Origin: Pseudogymnoascus verrucosus
Lineage: Eukaryota
Length of the DNA stretch: 64,000 bases
Direction: 5' to 3' (one strand)
Assembly: GCA_001662655.1 (NCBI GenBank)
Contig: KV460248.1
Shown here: piece by piece, positions 47,618 through 62,181 of the stretch
How the letters are laid out: every line of letters starts with the position of its first letter
Numbering within the stretch: the first letter of the stretch is position 1
The notes under the pieces: generated by a model
The model's input: the letters and a program-made list of their open reading frames with translations, nothing else
What the model was told of the DNA's origin: nothing
The model's database searches: none
Made by a program: the position numbers and the translations under genes

Positions 47618-48211
47618 GTTTCGCGATCAGTCATGGCGCTTGGGAAATAGGTATAGAGCAGTCATTATGGGTATCTATGATCTTTCTTCAAAATGAGCGC
47701 GGGCCATCTACACACACAGCCTCGCGGTCAGCCTCAACCACCCTGGTAGCTTTTTTTTCTAGTCGTGACTAAAATCCTAGCGACGATAATCGATAGTCGC
47801 TACGACAGGGCATGACAGCGCTATCGGCAGCACGGCACGATGCCCAGAAAGGGTGCAACGCCAACAGTCAATAGTGGATTTCTAACCCCGCGTTTTGCCA
47901 ATACTAGCAGCTCCCCACCGCCCATCCCTCGCTTTAGCACCTATTACACCCTCAATAAAATGTCTCTACAACATTTACATCCTATGTTATCAGCAAGTAA
48001 TAGGTCCATATAACGAAGTTTCTGCTGTCAGGTACGCTTATAAGATTCTTCCACTTAAAATAACACCCATTAAGCCCCCGTCCTAGCCGTCTTGAGCTCC
48101 CTGATAAGGTTCTAACGATCATAGTAGCCACCTTTAGCTCTGGAAAGGCCATTGAGGCCTTATCCGCAAGTTTGAGTAACGAAGCGCCACTGGGACGGGA
48201 CAATATTCAAA

Positions 48212-49930
48212 ATGGCAAATTTAAGCATTTCGGCGATTGCCTTCGTGGTCGTCTTCCTCTTCGGCCTATATAAATTTGTCATCTATCCTGCTGTCATATC
48301 ACCGCTCTCCAAGATCCCAAACGCACACTGGAGTGCGCCATTTTCCCCCCTTTGGATCCTTTCCGTTCGGTGGAGGTGGACGGAGAATCATGACGTTCGC
48401 GCTGCTCATCTGAAGCTTGGACCTGTAGTGAGGTTGGGACCAAACGAAATTAGTGTTGGCACTATAGATGGAGGCGTCAAGACGATTTTTGGTGGCGGTT
48501 TTGAGAAGGGGGATTGGTATGCTGTGTTTGACAATTATGGGTATGTGAACCACCGGATATGATGACATGTGTTTCTGATCATCATGCAGGGTCCAATGCA
48601 CATTCTCGACGCTTCACGGCCGTCCCCATTCGGCAAGCAAGCGTATGGTGTCTCATACATACTCAAAATTGGCTTTGCAGACGTCTCCAGCCGTAACCGC
48701 ACAGGCTCAGAGTATACTATACGAGAGGTTGCTGCCCACCCTCAAAGCGTCTGCGAGCCCGTCTCAAAAACCACAGGGAATCGATGTCCTGCAGCTTTGG
48801 TATGCTCTAAGCATGGATACTATCACGGCTTATCAGTTCGGGCTACCAAACTCCACTGATTTCGTTCGTGATACTGCCTATCGATCCCACTGGCTGGAGT
48901 TGTATCTGAGCCGGAAACCCTACGTATACTATCCGCAAGAGATTCCTCGTTTGACTTCATTCCTGAGCAAGATCGGCTTTCGGCTTGTCCCGAGATGGGT
49001 AGATGGTGCGAATGATGAGATCGAGGCTTGGGGATTGGGAATGTGCAGGGCTGCCACGGCTTCCAGCAATAAACACTCGTCGTATTCTGACAACCCAGCC
49101 GAAGAACCTGTGGTTGTCAGGGCCATGCTCAAAGGCATCCAGAAGGAAACCAATAAGGAGCAGTCGATTCTCTCTTGTCGTATTTCCAATAGCACGGAGC
49201 TCATGATCGCTACAGAGATGTTGGACAATCTTGCAGCGGGCCATGAGACGTCGGGGATCACCCTTACATATGTAACATGGCATCTGTCCCAAGATCTCGA
49301 GCTGCAAAAGGCTCTCAGGGCAGAGCTTCTTACGCTAGACCCTCCTCTGAAATATTCACCAGAACAGATCAAGGAAGGATCCCCGCTACCAGATCTTCCT
49401 AACCTGAAGACCTTGGACTCGTTGCCACTTCTTCATGCAGTTCTCAGCGAGACCTTGCGACTCAACGCCGCAATTCCCGGATCTAGTCCTCGGGTAACAC
49501 CTTATCCCTCCTGCAACCTGGCTGGTTATGAAGTTCCAGGCGGTGTCAGGGTCTGCTCCGCTGCGTGGACTTTGCACCGCAATGCAGATGTCTATAACCA
49601 GCCAGAGGTATGGGATCATACTCGCTGGCTGGACGGAGACGGTAAGTCAGGAGAGGAGACGAAGGAGAGAGACAAGTGGTTTTGGCCTTTCTCGAGTGGC
49701 GGCAGGATGTGCATTGGGAACAATTTCGCTATGCTTCGTAGGTCTTTCCCTGTTCTTGCATGCCCCGTTACTAACATCAGTCGCCAGAAATGAAACTCGC
49801 AATTGCATCTACGTACACAAACTTTACGTCCCATGTCGTCTGCGACGATGGGATTGAGCAGGAGGACGGTTATACAGCTTCGCCGAAAGGCAATAAATTG
49901 ATATTGCGGTTTGAGGATGTAGAGGAATAA
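48212..49930 (+). CDS. Cytochrome P450 monooxygenase, 3 exons
   Basis: N-terminal anchor followed by SPLSKIP and GPVVRLGPNEIS, AAGHETS (I helix), ETLR (K helix) and heme motif PFSSGGRMCIG. TAA at 49928-49930. Confidence 0.95.
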
Positions 49931-50264
49931 ATATATTTATAGTTAAAATAGCTTAAATATATTTTCAAGAGCGGCCTTTTTTAATACATATGTTTCCGTG
50001 ACAAAAATATTATTTATTGACCGAAACAACAATAAACTAAATAATACCTCTGCGGAAATAATCGATTATTGCGACAAGTACGAATAACATTTTGACACAT
50101 AACTACAACATAGACACAACGAAGACAAAGCATATTGCGGTTGCTGAAACAAACTCACGGACTTGCATAGGCTGACCCCCTAAATCTAAAGACAACCCAC
50201 TAGAGAGAGGTATAGATATATACAATTCCAGATCCATAAGCAGCGCCAATACCGATGAATGCAT

Positions 50265-51071
50265 TTAATTCGACCCATTCTTGTACTTACCCTCCCGCTT
50301 CTCGACATACGCCACCAGAGCCTCAATCGTAACAACCGTAAGCCCCCATTTCTTGCCAAACGCCAAGCACCCTTCCGTCCTCATCATCCCCGGCTCCTTC
50401 CTCAGCGCCTTGCCCGGAACAACCTCCCCATCCTCCACCAACTCACAGCAAATACCCACCAACTGCTTACCCGCCAACCGACAGAACTCCACCGTAGCCT
50501 CAGTATGCCCAGGGCGCTGCCTCACCAACCCCTCCCTCGCCTGCAGCGGGAAGACATGTCCCGGCCGCCTGAAATCCTCCTTCTTCGCGCCCTTCGCGCC
50601 GAGCATGCGGCAGGTCAGCGCGCGGTCCTGCGCGCTGATACCGGTCGTTGTGGTGGGGTGGTTCGCATCGATCGAGAGCGTGTATGCGGTGCTCTTGGGG
50701 TCTTCGTTGTTGACCACCATCTGGGGGAGGCCGAGGTCGACGCACAGCTCTGGGACGAGGGGTGCGCAGATGAGACCGGAGGAGTATCGGACCATGAAGG
50801 CCATCTGCTCCGGGGTTACGTCCTCGGCGGCGATGATGAGATCGCCCTCATTCTCGCGTCCGGGGTCATCGAGTACGACTACGAATTCGCCATTTTCTGT
50901 CACTTTTTGTTAGTCCGAGGCTCGCTTTGGGGTATTCCCAGACCCTCGATTGCGGGAATGCGGGGTAATTGAAAAAAAGTTGAGAAGTTGAGACTTACTG
51001 AATGCTGCGATGGCATCTTCTATTGAGTCAAACTGGTCCGCCCCTCCTGCTACTGCGACTGATGAAGGCAT
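50265..51071 (-). CDS. RIB3: 3,4-dihydroxy-2-butanone 4-phosphate synthase, 2 exons
   Basis: FDSIEDAIAAF|KNGEFVVVLDDPGRENEGDLI..SSGLICAP..TTTGISAQDRALT..FRRPGHVFPL..RPGHTEA. Confidence 0.96.
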
Positions 51072-51634
51072 TCTGTGTATTTGTAGTGTACAATCGTTCC
51101 ACAGCGTTCCGGTCGGATTCCCCAAATTGTGTGGGTAACTTAATAAGCGGGCGATCTGGAGGGGTCTATTGGAATATATAGACGAAGTAGACGAAGTTGT
51201 CTCAACAAAAGGCGAATTGGGTTTCTTATGTGGTTGGAAATGGGTTTAAGGGGAGTGAAAGAGTTGCTGAATAAGTCAAGGAAAGAAAGCAACTGCGGTT
51301 ATGTTATCTTTACAAAGCCGACGCTCGGTGTTCGGTCATCACAAGCTCGGGTCGTGACTCAAGGTAGTGCCGTTGCTTCTAGTCTGGCAGGCCGGAAGAT
51401 ACGTCGGTCCGTCTCCGAGTACCGCCCATCATTTTTGACAGCCTTGCGCGTTTACCCTGGAATGAATTTAGAGCCGCGCCGCGAAGCTTTGGGAATCTGG
51501 GGCCACAGCATTGACCGTCATCTACGACCACCAGACGGCGTTATACCCTGCCTTACCATCTGATCTGATCAAGAGAGTGGTATTGGAGATATATCAGCCA
51601 GGGTCCACGCAGGGCCTCAGCCGCCCATTGCACA

Positions 51635-52474
51635 ATGCGCCCTTCAACGAGACGCAGCATCGACCTGCTCGTGCGGACTGCTACCCGGACGGCACGCCAA
51701 CATCAACACCGTCACTTTTCACAAACACGGCACTCACCCTCTTCGGTAAACCCAGAAGAGGTATCTCACTTCAATGCCCTCGCCTCGGCCTGGTGGGAGC
51801 CGCACGGCTCGTCGCGACTCCTCCATCTCATGAACCCGCTCCGCCACGACTTCATCCAGCAGTGCCAGAAGACCTACGGGGCGGCACCAGCTCACGAACT
51901 ACGATTCCTTGATATTGGCTGTGGGGGAGGGATATTTGCAGAGTCCGCGGCACGATTACCATCTACAAAGTCTGTGACTGCGATTGACCCGACGCCTGGG
52001 GTGCTCGCCATTGCAGAGGCACATAAGAAGCAGGACCCTTCGCTGAGCAACAAGCTCACATACCTCAATACATCTCTCGAGGAGCTACCTGTGGGCGAGA
52101 TGTACGATGTTGTCAGTGTATTCGAAGTGATCGAGCATATCACGACGCCCGCCACGTTTCTGGACGAGGTAGAGAAGCATGTGAGACCGGGCGGGTGGCT
52201 GGTGATGAGCACGATTGCGAGGACATGGATGAGCTGGTTCACGACGAATTTGGTGGCCGAGGATATACTGGGGATTGTACCGAAGGGGACACACGACTGG
52301 GAGAAATACATCAATGTGGACGAGCTGGAGAAGTACTTTGCAACGAAGGGCGGATGGAGCAAGGCGGTGGTGCAGGGGGTGGTGTATGTTCCAGGTGTGG
52401 GATGGAAGGAGGTGGAGGGGAGTGAGAAGATAGGTAATTACTTCCTCGGTGTCAGGAAAGACACCGTTGCTTGA
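51635..52474 (+). CDS. COQ3: Ubiquinone biosynthesis O-methyltransferase, mitochondrial
   Basis: Arg-rich presequence, SSVNPEEVSHFNALASAWW..LLHLMNPLR, FLDIGCGGGIFAES, FEVIEH and IVPKGTHDWEKYIN. Confidence 0.95.
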   Translation: MRPSTRRSIDLLVRTATRTARQHQHRHFSQTRHSPSSVNPEEVSHFNALASAWWEPHGSSRLLHLMNPLRHDFIQQCQKTYGAAPAHELRFLDIGCGGGIFAESAARLPSTKSVTAIDPTPGVLAIAEAHKKQDPSLSNKLTYLNTSLEELPVGEMYDVVSVFEVIEHITTPATFLDEVEKHVRPGGWLVMSTIARTWMSWFTTNLVAEDILGIVPKGTHDWEKYINVDELEKYFATKGGWSKAVVQGVVYVPGVGWKEVEGSEKIGNYFLGVRKDTVA

Positions 52475-54612
52475 GGCTGTGGGTGGTGGTGGTGGTGGTG
52501 AAAAGGGATATGTACGAGTATGGACACATTGGTCACATTGGGCACATTGGGCGCGAGGCGTGACTGGATACGGGAACTTCCAACCCGCCATGGGGGAGCA
52601 TTACAGCGGGAAAAAGGAGTCGAGCATACGAGCAGTAGTATTAGCAGCAGATTATTTCCCTGAATGAGGTATGTTTCTCCATGTTCTCCGTGTACATGAA
52701 TAGGACATGAATACCGTAATAGACGGGAAGTGCTTGGCAGCGCGCAATGGTCCGAACAATACCATGGTAGTACATCCGGTACAGAAAGCCTCGGGCACCA
52801 GAAGGATCCACCCCTGGGCTTCTAGAAGGAATTTTTTCATCCGTCGCACTCTCCGGCAGGGGCAGCCTTGCATCTTGCATCTTGCATTGACTCCTTGTTC
52901 GGATGTATACCATGCAGTTCAGGAGTATGGGTAATCAGCGGAAATTGAGCACAGGGCGGGGGGCGAGCGGGCCCCCAAAGAGGCTACTCTCCCCCTGCCA
53001 GGCTGATGGGAAGGGAGGGAAAGTTTGTTTCGAAGACGCGTCGTGCATCACGCTTGCAGGCGCAAGGAGGTCCGGATAGGAGAGTTAGAGTACTCTATTC
53101 GGAGGAACCTTGCAGAAAGTCCGCTCCTGGCATTTCGGCGAATGTTCATTGTTTTGTGTCACTTTCTGGAAGTACACATGGAAGTGTGCACTCTGCGGGA
53201 ACTTCTGGAGGCTGCATGGATCCACAGGGACTCACAGCACAGGACTCAGTCGGGGATGTGAGAAGGCCTAACGCGTCGGTCCGTCCGTGTTGCTCTCTCA
53301 TGAAACGACGAGCCGTGTTGAACAATAATGCGGGGAATGGCGCAGCACGAGATCACGGCGCCGAGGGAAGAGTAGTGGAGGAGTAATGGAGGAGTAATGG
53401 ACGAGTAATGGACGAGTGAGTAGTAGAGGATTACCACACAGAACCACACAGAACCACAATGTGGTACGCTCATCCGGGAAGATCCTCTTGGAAGAGTACA
53501 GCAGAAAGAAGGAACTATAGTACCTTGCATACATGCATATGTGCATACCCCCTTCGTTGATTTCAGCCCGCCCAATTTCCGCAACCTGGTCCCCGCACGA
53601 CCCTCGAGGAAGACACCCCTGGCCGGTTGTTATGCTTCCATTTCTTCTGGAAGGTGGCCAAGTCCGGTCGATCAGGCCGGGCGGTTTTTCGCACTGATCA
53701 CCGTGTGGTGGTGGGGATGGGCGTGTGGATGGATGGTGGGTGTGGTGTGGGTGTGTGGGTGTCCTGAGTAGTAAGAAAGTAAGTAAAGTAGTAAGTAGTT
53801 GGATCCCAGATCCCATTATCCCATGCAACATGCAACATGCAACATGATGCAACTCTCCATGCACTCACTGCATGCACTGCGCATTGTACGTACATACAGG
53901 AGAATCCAGGGCAAACAAAACAAGAATAAAATGAGTAGAGTAGTAGAGTAGTATGCTACAGATTATACTAGCACTGCTTGGAGGAAACATCATTTCATGG
54001 CGACAACAGGGGGGAGGAGGATAAAAAAAGAAGTACTCCTTTTGGAGAAAAGAGAAATAGGGAGGGAGCCAGGAGTAGGAGTGGGGAAATGGCACTCTCG
54101 GCGATCCCCTTTACCTACTTCGTATATAGTATAGTTTAGTAAGTATAGTATATGCGTACTGTAGGGGGTGAGACGGGGAAAGACAATCGTTGTCATCGTT
54201 TTTTGTCAGCTTGCCTAGGAGAGAAGGCCCGCAGAAAAAATAAACTGATGGTAATAATAGATAGTAGTAGTAGTAGTAGTAACACAAATAGCCGTAATAA
54301 CAAATAAATGATGGCTAGAAAGGATAGAATATAGAATACAGAATGCAGAATATGAAATATATAGCATTGAACGCACTGTAAACTTTGAACTTGCGAAACC
54401 CCATGAAACAGAGCAACTGAGCATCTGTGCCCTATCGTCGTCGAGACCACTCTACTACTCTACTGATACCCATACCGCCCATACCGTAGTACCACAACTC
54501 TACATGCCAACCGACTAGATTAAGTAGTATCGGAGTAAGTAGCCGTAAAGTACCAAGGGATGTGTGCGCTACCATAGTACTACCACAGTATGGCAAGTTA
54601 GTATAGGATTAG

Positions 54613-54662
54613 TAGAGTTAGTAGGGAAGTTAGTAGGGAAGTTAGTAGGGAAGTTAGTAGAG
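54613..54662. repeat. 12-bp tandem repeat (AGTTAGTAGGGA), about 4 copies
   Basis: Direct reading. Confidence 0.8.
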
Positions 54663-55647
54663 AAAGTTACTTTGCCCAGTAGCCCAGTAGCGTACTCGGT
54701 AGCTCCCTTGATCAATCACTTTCGAACTCGCTCCCCTTCCCCATCAAACCACCCAAGTAACTAATTATTATACCAAACCAACCGCCAACCAAAACACTCA
54801 AACGCCCACCACAGCCCAAAAAAAAGCCACAGAGACATGGAAAGAGACACTCACTTATTATAATACCGCCCTACTGTCTGACTCTCCACCATCCGTCCTG
54901 TCCTGTCCTCTCCTGTCCTATACTTAGTACAAGAAAGGGAGCACGCACGCGGTTTTATCGTCGTCCCAAGCCTGTCTCCCCTCTCCCGAAACATCTACAC
55001 GCCAGGCAAAAACTCGCATGCGCCTCATACTTCTTCCCATCTCCCCCTTTGTTATTATCACCAAAAAACACCACGGCTTCACGCATACCCAACATATAAT
55101 ACTGTATTGATTGCATCGCGCATACTCCGCCTACCCTCAGTCCGGCGCCAAATCTGGCATCACCCTGTCGCGCGCGAATTCAAAAGGTTAGTTGCAACTA
55201 TCCCCGAATGCGACTTCCCCGTCTACCAAATCTACTTTACTTTCTCTCGCCGAATTCTTGCTGGCTCCTGTTCGCTCTTTTGATTCCTTACGCCATCTGG
55301 ATTTATTCACAGGGAAGGGCCTAGTTGCTAATTACCCTTTTGCAGAAATACCGCCAGGCTTACATCCGTTTGACAACCCGATTTTCGAATTTCTCGTGTC
55401 CCCGACGTATTCACTCGCCATCCCAAAATATAGCGGTGTATGCACCAACAGCGACCTACCTTTCTCACCGCGCAAGACCCTTGATAGCCATATCTGTTTG
55501 AACTGCTTTCCGAAACATATCCATAGTCTCACGGCAACCAGCTACGGTCGTGCTTGACCGGACGAACCCCTGATCCGAGCGCGGGATTGCCTCAGCGAGG
55601 CCTCTCTATAAATCCCCGCCTGAAGTATAAAAGGTTCAGCCTACACG

Positions 55648-57169
<1,522 letters not shown>

Positions 57170-57781
57170 TAAGGCGACGTGGAGAGTGAGGAGTCTAATT
57201 TATCGAGGCGTCAGGCTGCGGATCTTTTAATGTGGGGAGAAAGGAACTGTTTGATTCAGGATGGGTGTAAATTGGACAAAGGCCACAAGGAAGGGCCTGT
57301 GCGAGCGGTTTGTTTTACTGTACTGTACGACTGATATCCTACTCATAGCTGATCAGCATATGCGTCATATGAATTTCCTGTGTTTTAACTAGATACTTGT
57401 TCGCTTATAGAACACGCCTTTGTTTTTTTTGTTTATTATATCATCACGAACTTGCTTAGTTAGTTGCCTAGAAGAGGCAATGCAAACGTCAACTCTATTC
57501 CACCTTCATGAACTCCCTTCGTCTTATGTGCATACTGTGTTTGGCTCCGAAATGTGTTTCAACCAGCTAGCTGTTTGACTGGCATCTATTCGTAGTTTTA
57601 AAATACAGTCCTATTCTAGGAGCTATCTTTGTGCTCTATCTACCCTACTTCCGCTCCTTTCCCAACAATTCGCGTCCTCGGCCGTCATCAACACAAGGAG
57701 TTAATATTGCGCATCTTCTTGGGGCTTCGAAGATTTCGTCTCCGCTTTAGCTCAAATACTCCTTAGATTGTGAGGGGATAT

Positions 57782-58943
57782 TCAGCTAGCCTTGTGCATA
57801 TCAATGACCTTCTGCACCTCATCGTAGCTGCCCATAAAGATACCAGATCTATCGTGGATATGCTCCGGTACGATCTCCATCATGCGTTGCATCTTGCTGT
57901 TCACCGCTTGTCCACCAGCTGCGCAACCATTAGTACACATCTCAATCAGTTTTGGGGGAGTGGAATAGAGAGAGACATACCGTTCTCAAAGACCATAGCC
58001 ATAGGCGCGCACTCGTACAGAATCCTCAGCTTCCCCTTGGGGCTCTTCTTATCCGCAGGATACGCAAAGATTCCACCGTAAAGCAGCGTCCTGTATGCAT
58101 CCGCAACCATAGATCCGATGTACCTCGCGCTGTATGGCTTTCCGCCCTCCTCCTTAGGGTACTTCAAGCTATCGAAATATTGCTTGACTGGCTCTTCCCA
58201 GTACAAGCTGTTCCCCTCGTTGACCGAGTAGATGGAACGCTTCTTTGGCACCTTCATATCAGGGTGAGTGAGGATGAACTCGCCGAGCGCATTGTCCATG
58301 GTAAATCCATTAACGCTGCTTCCCTTCATAGTAATCACCAACTGCGCCGAAGCACCATACATAGTGAATCCCGCAGCCACCAACTCGCTTCCCGGCTTCA
58401 GGAGATCCTCCTTCGTCACCTTCCCGCCCGACACCGACTCCTCGAGCTTATAGATGCCGAAAATCGTACCGACTGAGACACCGGCATCCAGGTTGCTGCT
58501 GCCGTCGATCGGGTCGCATGCTACGGCGTAGCGCGCGCCAGGGTGCTCGGGGAAGAAGATGGCCTCCTCCTCCTCTTCGGAGACGAGGACAGCGCACTTG
58601 CCGGAGGAGCGCATGGCGGCGATGAAGAGGTCATTGCCGATGACGTCGAGCTTCTTCTGGTCGTCGCCGGTGGTGTTGGAGGAGCCGGCCAGACCAGTGA
58701 GGTTGATGAGGGTAGCACGACGGATGTAGTAGGCGATGGATTTGAAGGAGAATTGGAGGGCGTGGCAGAGGAGACTGTTGAGGGTTTTAGAGTCGACCTA
58801 GCTGAGAATTACTTTGAAAAAGGGCTGGTAACGTACGTGAAGTCTCCAGTGGCTTCGGCGTGCTTTACCTGCTCCTCGGTGAGGAAGCGGGTAAGCGTCA
58901 CGATATCAGTGTTAATCTTCTCTGTTGATCCATTGTCGGCCAT
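57782..58943 (-). CDS. FBP1: Fructose-1,6-bisphosphatase, 3 exons
   Basis: TDIVTLTRFL..GDFT|LLCHALQ..GDDQKKLDV..VSEE..DPIDGSSNLD..ARYIGSMVAD..GKLRILYECAPMA. Confidence 0.97.
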
Positions 58944-59088
58944 GATTGCGGTTTGAGTATTTCTACTTATCGCGTGGGTAATGAGAGGTAATTATGAAGC
59001 TTTGAGAAATATGAGTGACGGAGAGAGTAGGGAAAAGAGAGGGTCTAGAGGGAGGCAGGACGGACGGGGGGGATGGAGACCAATGCTG

Positions 59089-59150
59089 CCCCGCGCCCTC
59101 ACGTGCACTGCTGATACTTGGCCGGGTGCGGGGCTCGGGTTGATGCGGAG
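59089..59150. promoter_or_regulatory. Cluster of three CreA/Cre1 (SYGGRG) sites upstream of FBP1
   Basis: CCCCGC at 59089-59094, GCGGGG at 59128-59133 and GCGGAG at 59145-59150. This fits glucose repression of a gluconeogenic gene. Confidence 0.5.
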
Positions 59151-59554
59151 AAATCTTGTGGAACTGTTGAAGGTACTCGCAGATGTGGTCAGTGTGATCA
59201 GTGGTTCTCGGCCTTGAGGGGATAGCTGTGTCGGTGGCTATTGGTACGAAGATGCGACGGAGAATTCGTGAACCAGATGGGGCGCTTTTGGGCTGCGCTG
59301 GTAAAAATTATGTATTTACAAATGGACAAATTCTCACCGGCTTTGTTTACAAGCGTTAGTTCGTATGTATAGACCCTGAGTAGTAACAGACATTATATTG
59401 GTTTAGAATTAGTACATCATAGTCGCTGCTGTTACCACAATATAACAGCACTCGTCCATCTTTGACGTCAGTCTTTGTTCTATGTCCTGGGTATGCTTTG
59501 GTATGCGCCATGCTCTCATTGGTCATTCGGCTACTACACTACCAATTGCCGGGC

Positions 59555-59567
59555 CGGGGAAACTCGG
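59555..59567 (-). promoter_or_regulatory. CCG-N7-CCG element (AcuK/AcuM-type) upstream of FBP1
   Basis: Minus strand reads CCGAGTTTCCCCG about 610 bp upstream of the FBP1 ATG. CCGN7CCG is the known AcuK/AcuM site of Aspergillus gluconeogenic genes. Confidence 0.5.
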
Positions 59568-59878
59568 ATAATTTTTCCGTGTAACACGTGACCTATTTTG
59601 AGGAATTCTAAGTGTCGCGGATTTCTGTGGAACTGTTTGCTAATGTCATATCATCGTTGAAGCTACTAATGAACTGCCTAACGCACTGCGATCTAACATA
59701 CCCATTCAGACATCTGAATGTTTCCCCCGGAAAAATATATATATATATAGAAAATGTTGACATGGTTCAACAACTGATCGAGCCTCTAATTGCCGAGGAT
59801 TGTCGGAATGGGAAGCAACGCCCAGCATGCCATGCCCCTGTCCTGAGAGCACCTGGCTCCCAGTCACCAAGCCCGACC

Positions 59879-62181
59879 CTAGGCGCCTCCAAGTCCTGAT
59901 ATTTGTTAGCTTTGCTCTGTAATCTTTTAATAAACGTCCAAAGGTATCATACCAGCAGCAAGCGCCATGTACCATGTACGGCTGGCTCCTCCATCCAACC
60001 AAGCATTATCAAAACTTTCCTGTGCAAAGAAGGTATAGCTTTGCTTCGGGTCAATGAGTGCCAAATTCGCAAACAATATTCCCCTCCACCCTCCTTCAAC
60101 CTTCTTAGCTCTGTCATTAGAGAAGAATGTATCCCACTCCTCAGAAACAAACTTTTTCGGGCGTGTTAGTGATGAGCTGGGCAACAATGGAATCATGTGG
60201 ATGCCCTGGATATACTCTATGTTAGCACCAAAGTACGTAGTGTGATGGATCTTATTCTCAAAGAGAATCCCAGAAACTTTGTTGCCAATGAAATTCTTAG
60301 GCTCCACAGTGTTATCGCTCGTATACAGGAAGTACTTGGAGATCGAACGGGCGACAACAGAGAGCTGAAGGTTTCCTCTGGCCTCAAGATTGGCATCGCC
60401 GATTGTTTTACCCCACATCTTCAGGCTGTATGCGAAACAAGCGTCTTCGGCACTGCTTTCTTGATCTTTGCCATCGGCAGATTCGAAGAGGCCCTTGGCC
60501 CAAGAATGGCCATTGTACCAATCGAATCCTCGGGAGACTGGGAAGTAAGGGTCTTCGCTGCTTGCATTGGCGGTATCACGAACCATCGTGTTGATGTAGT
60601 CCTTGTGGCTGGCAAGCCAGGTAGGGTCAAGGTAACCAATGTAACTTGCTGCTAAAATAAAGTAGGCAAAGTGGAAATGGTGGTCGTTGTAGTTGGTATT
60701 TCCGAAGTCCGTTCCAGAATCGCCAGTTACATAACCGCTCGTAGAGACGATGCCACCCCACGCCTCTGATGCCAGTTAGTAAAACGGCGAAGGACATATT
60801 AGAAATGTACTTACGCTCGTAAACCAGCGGGTACTTGTTTTTATTGGTAGTCCAAACTTCGAACGCAGCCTTAAGCTTCGTCAGGCCATCTTGAGCCAAA
60901 GCTTCGTCCTTAACTAAGTCCTTGGAGGCATAGATAACTTGAGCAAACTTGGCAAGTGCCTGCGTAATTTCACGTATTAGTTAGGGATCTAACTTTAACT
61001 GACTTGTATTGACAAACCTTCCCACTGAAATAGAATGAATCGCCGTTTGATTGAGCGGACATATCCTGCTTCAGGTCGCTGGTCGCAACCTTTTGAATGC
61101 TAGAAATTGCAGCTTCCGATAGTCCAGCAATATTTCCAAGAGATGGGCTCCATGGTGCAAATCCCATTCCAACGGGCATGTCTGGCTCCTCCATTGTCCA
61201 TGAGTCGGCCACAACAGCTGTTGCTATCCCCTTGGTTGTAGTCTGCAGCTTCACATCTTTGGCTGCTGCCTTCGTAGTGGATGAGAAGGACTCAACAAGG
61301 TGAGGTAACGCAAACATAACCAGGGTGGCATCTTTTAGGCCCCCCTTTGAGAAAGACATTGTATATGTGCCAGCAGGGCCTTTAGCAGTACCCGTCAGAG
61401 TCGATCCAGTGGCATATGCTCCGCAGGCCGCATCATACACTGCTTCGGCACCTGCAACTGGGCTTTTGGCGATTTGAAGTGTGCCCTGGAATTTGGACGT
61501 GGCTTTGATAAGTGCGTTGTTGGCAATACTAAGCTCAAGAGCTTGCCCAGATGTAGAGTGCGCATAAACGAACCATGTGCTTGAATCCTCGAGGACAATG
61601 GTGTACTTGGTAACTCCCTCCTTTGGAACAGTTTTTGCTTGGGTAATCGTACGGAATAATACACCACTCTGAAGGATAGGAGTGGATCCATTGTAAATTC
61701 CAGTAATGAATCCCATCCCCTGGACAAGAGGAAACGTGATCGCGGGCTTGTCTCCCGCACTTGCTAGAATATTAACATTCACGGAGGAACTGGTGAGGTT
61801 GTCCGTGGTGAGAACAGTCGATATCCCAAGCTCAGCTGCTGATAACACCACATGTTGGATGCCGATCGGGTTGACGAAGTATTCAGCTGGAACTGCTTTC
61901 GGGTCTGGACCGAAGGCCCGTTGATTGGCTTCGATGTGAGAAACGGCAAGACCCCAGCTCTTAGAGGAGCCTCCACCCTTCGACCATAGCACCGAGTATG
62001 GATGCGTCCACGATGCCTGGCTTTGATCGCCGAGGAAAAAGTTGGCGTAGAACTTGTTTGTAGAAAGAGGAGTTTTCTGAGCCGTTATACCCAGTCGCTT
62101 CACGGGGTGGTCCGGACGCGTGGCTATCACAGATGGCGGAGCATCTTTGGATAGCGCTTGGAAAATATTACCAGAAGACAT
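59879..62181 (-). CDS. Glycoside hydrolase family 81 endo-1,3(4)-beta-glucanase (Acf2/Eng-like), 4 exons
   Basis: TNKFYANFFLG, FPLVQGMGFITGIY, YFSGK|ALAKFA, YNDHHFH, FDWYNGHSWAKGLFESADGKDQESSAED and YIQGIHMIP. Final mini-exon GLGGA*. Confidence 0.95.

Noticed and set aside
50898..50998. RIB3 intron as a possible riboswitch
   Set aside because: No FMN or TPP aptamer consensus motifs are seen.
45843..52474. P450 plus methyltransferase as a secondary-metabolite cluster
   Set aside because: The methyltransferase is housekeeping COQ3 and no backbone enzyme is present.
54613..54662. Telomere-like reading of the TTAGTAGGGAAG repeat
   Set aside because: It is not TTAGGG, has only about 4 copies and lies in internal promoter DNA.
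57700..57784. Cryptic peroxisomal targeting of FBP1 by stop readthrough
   Set aside because: The context is TGA ATA rather than TGA CTA, and the extension does not end in a PTS1 tripeptide.
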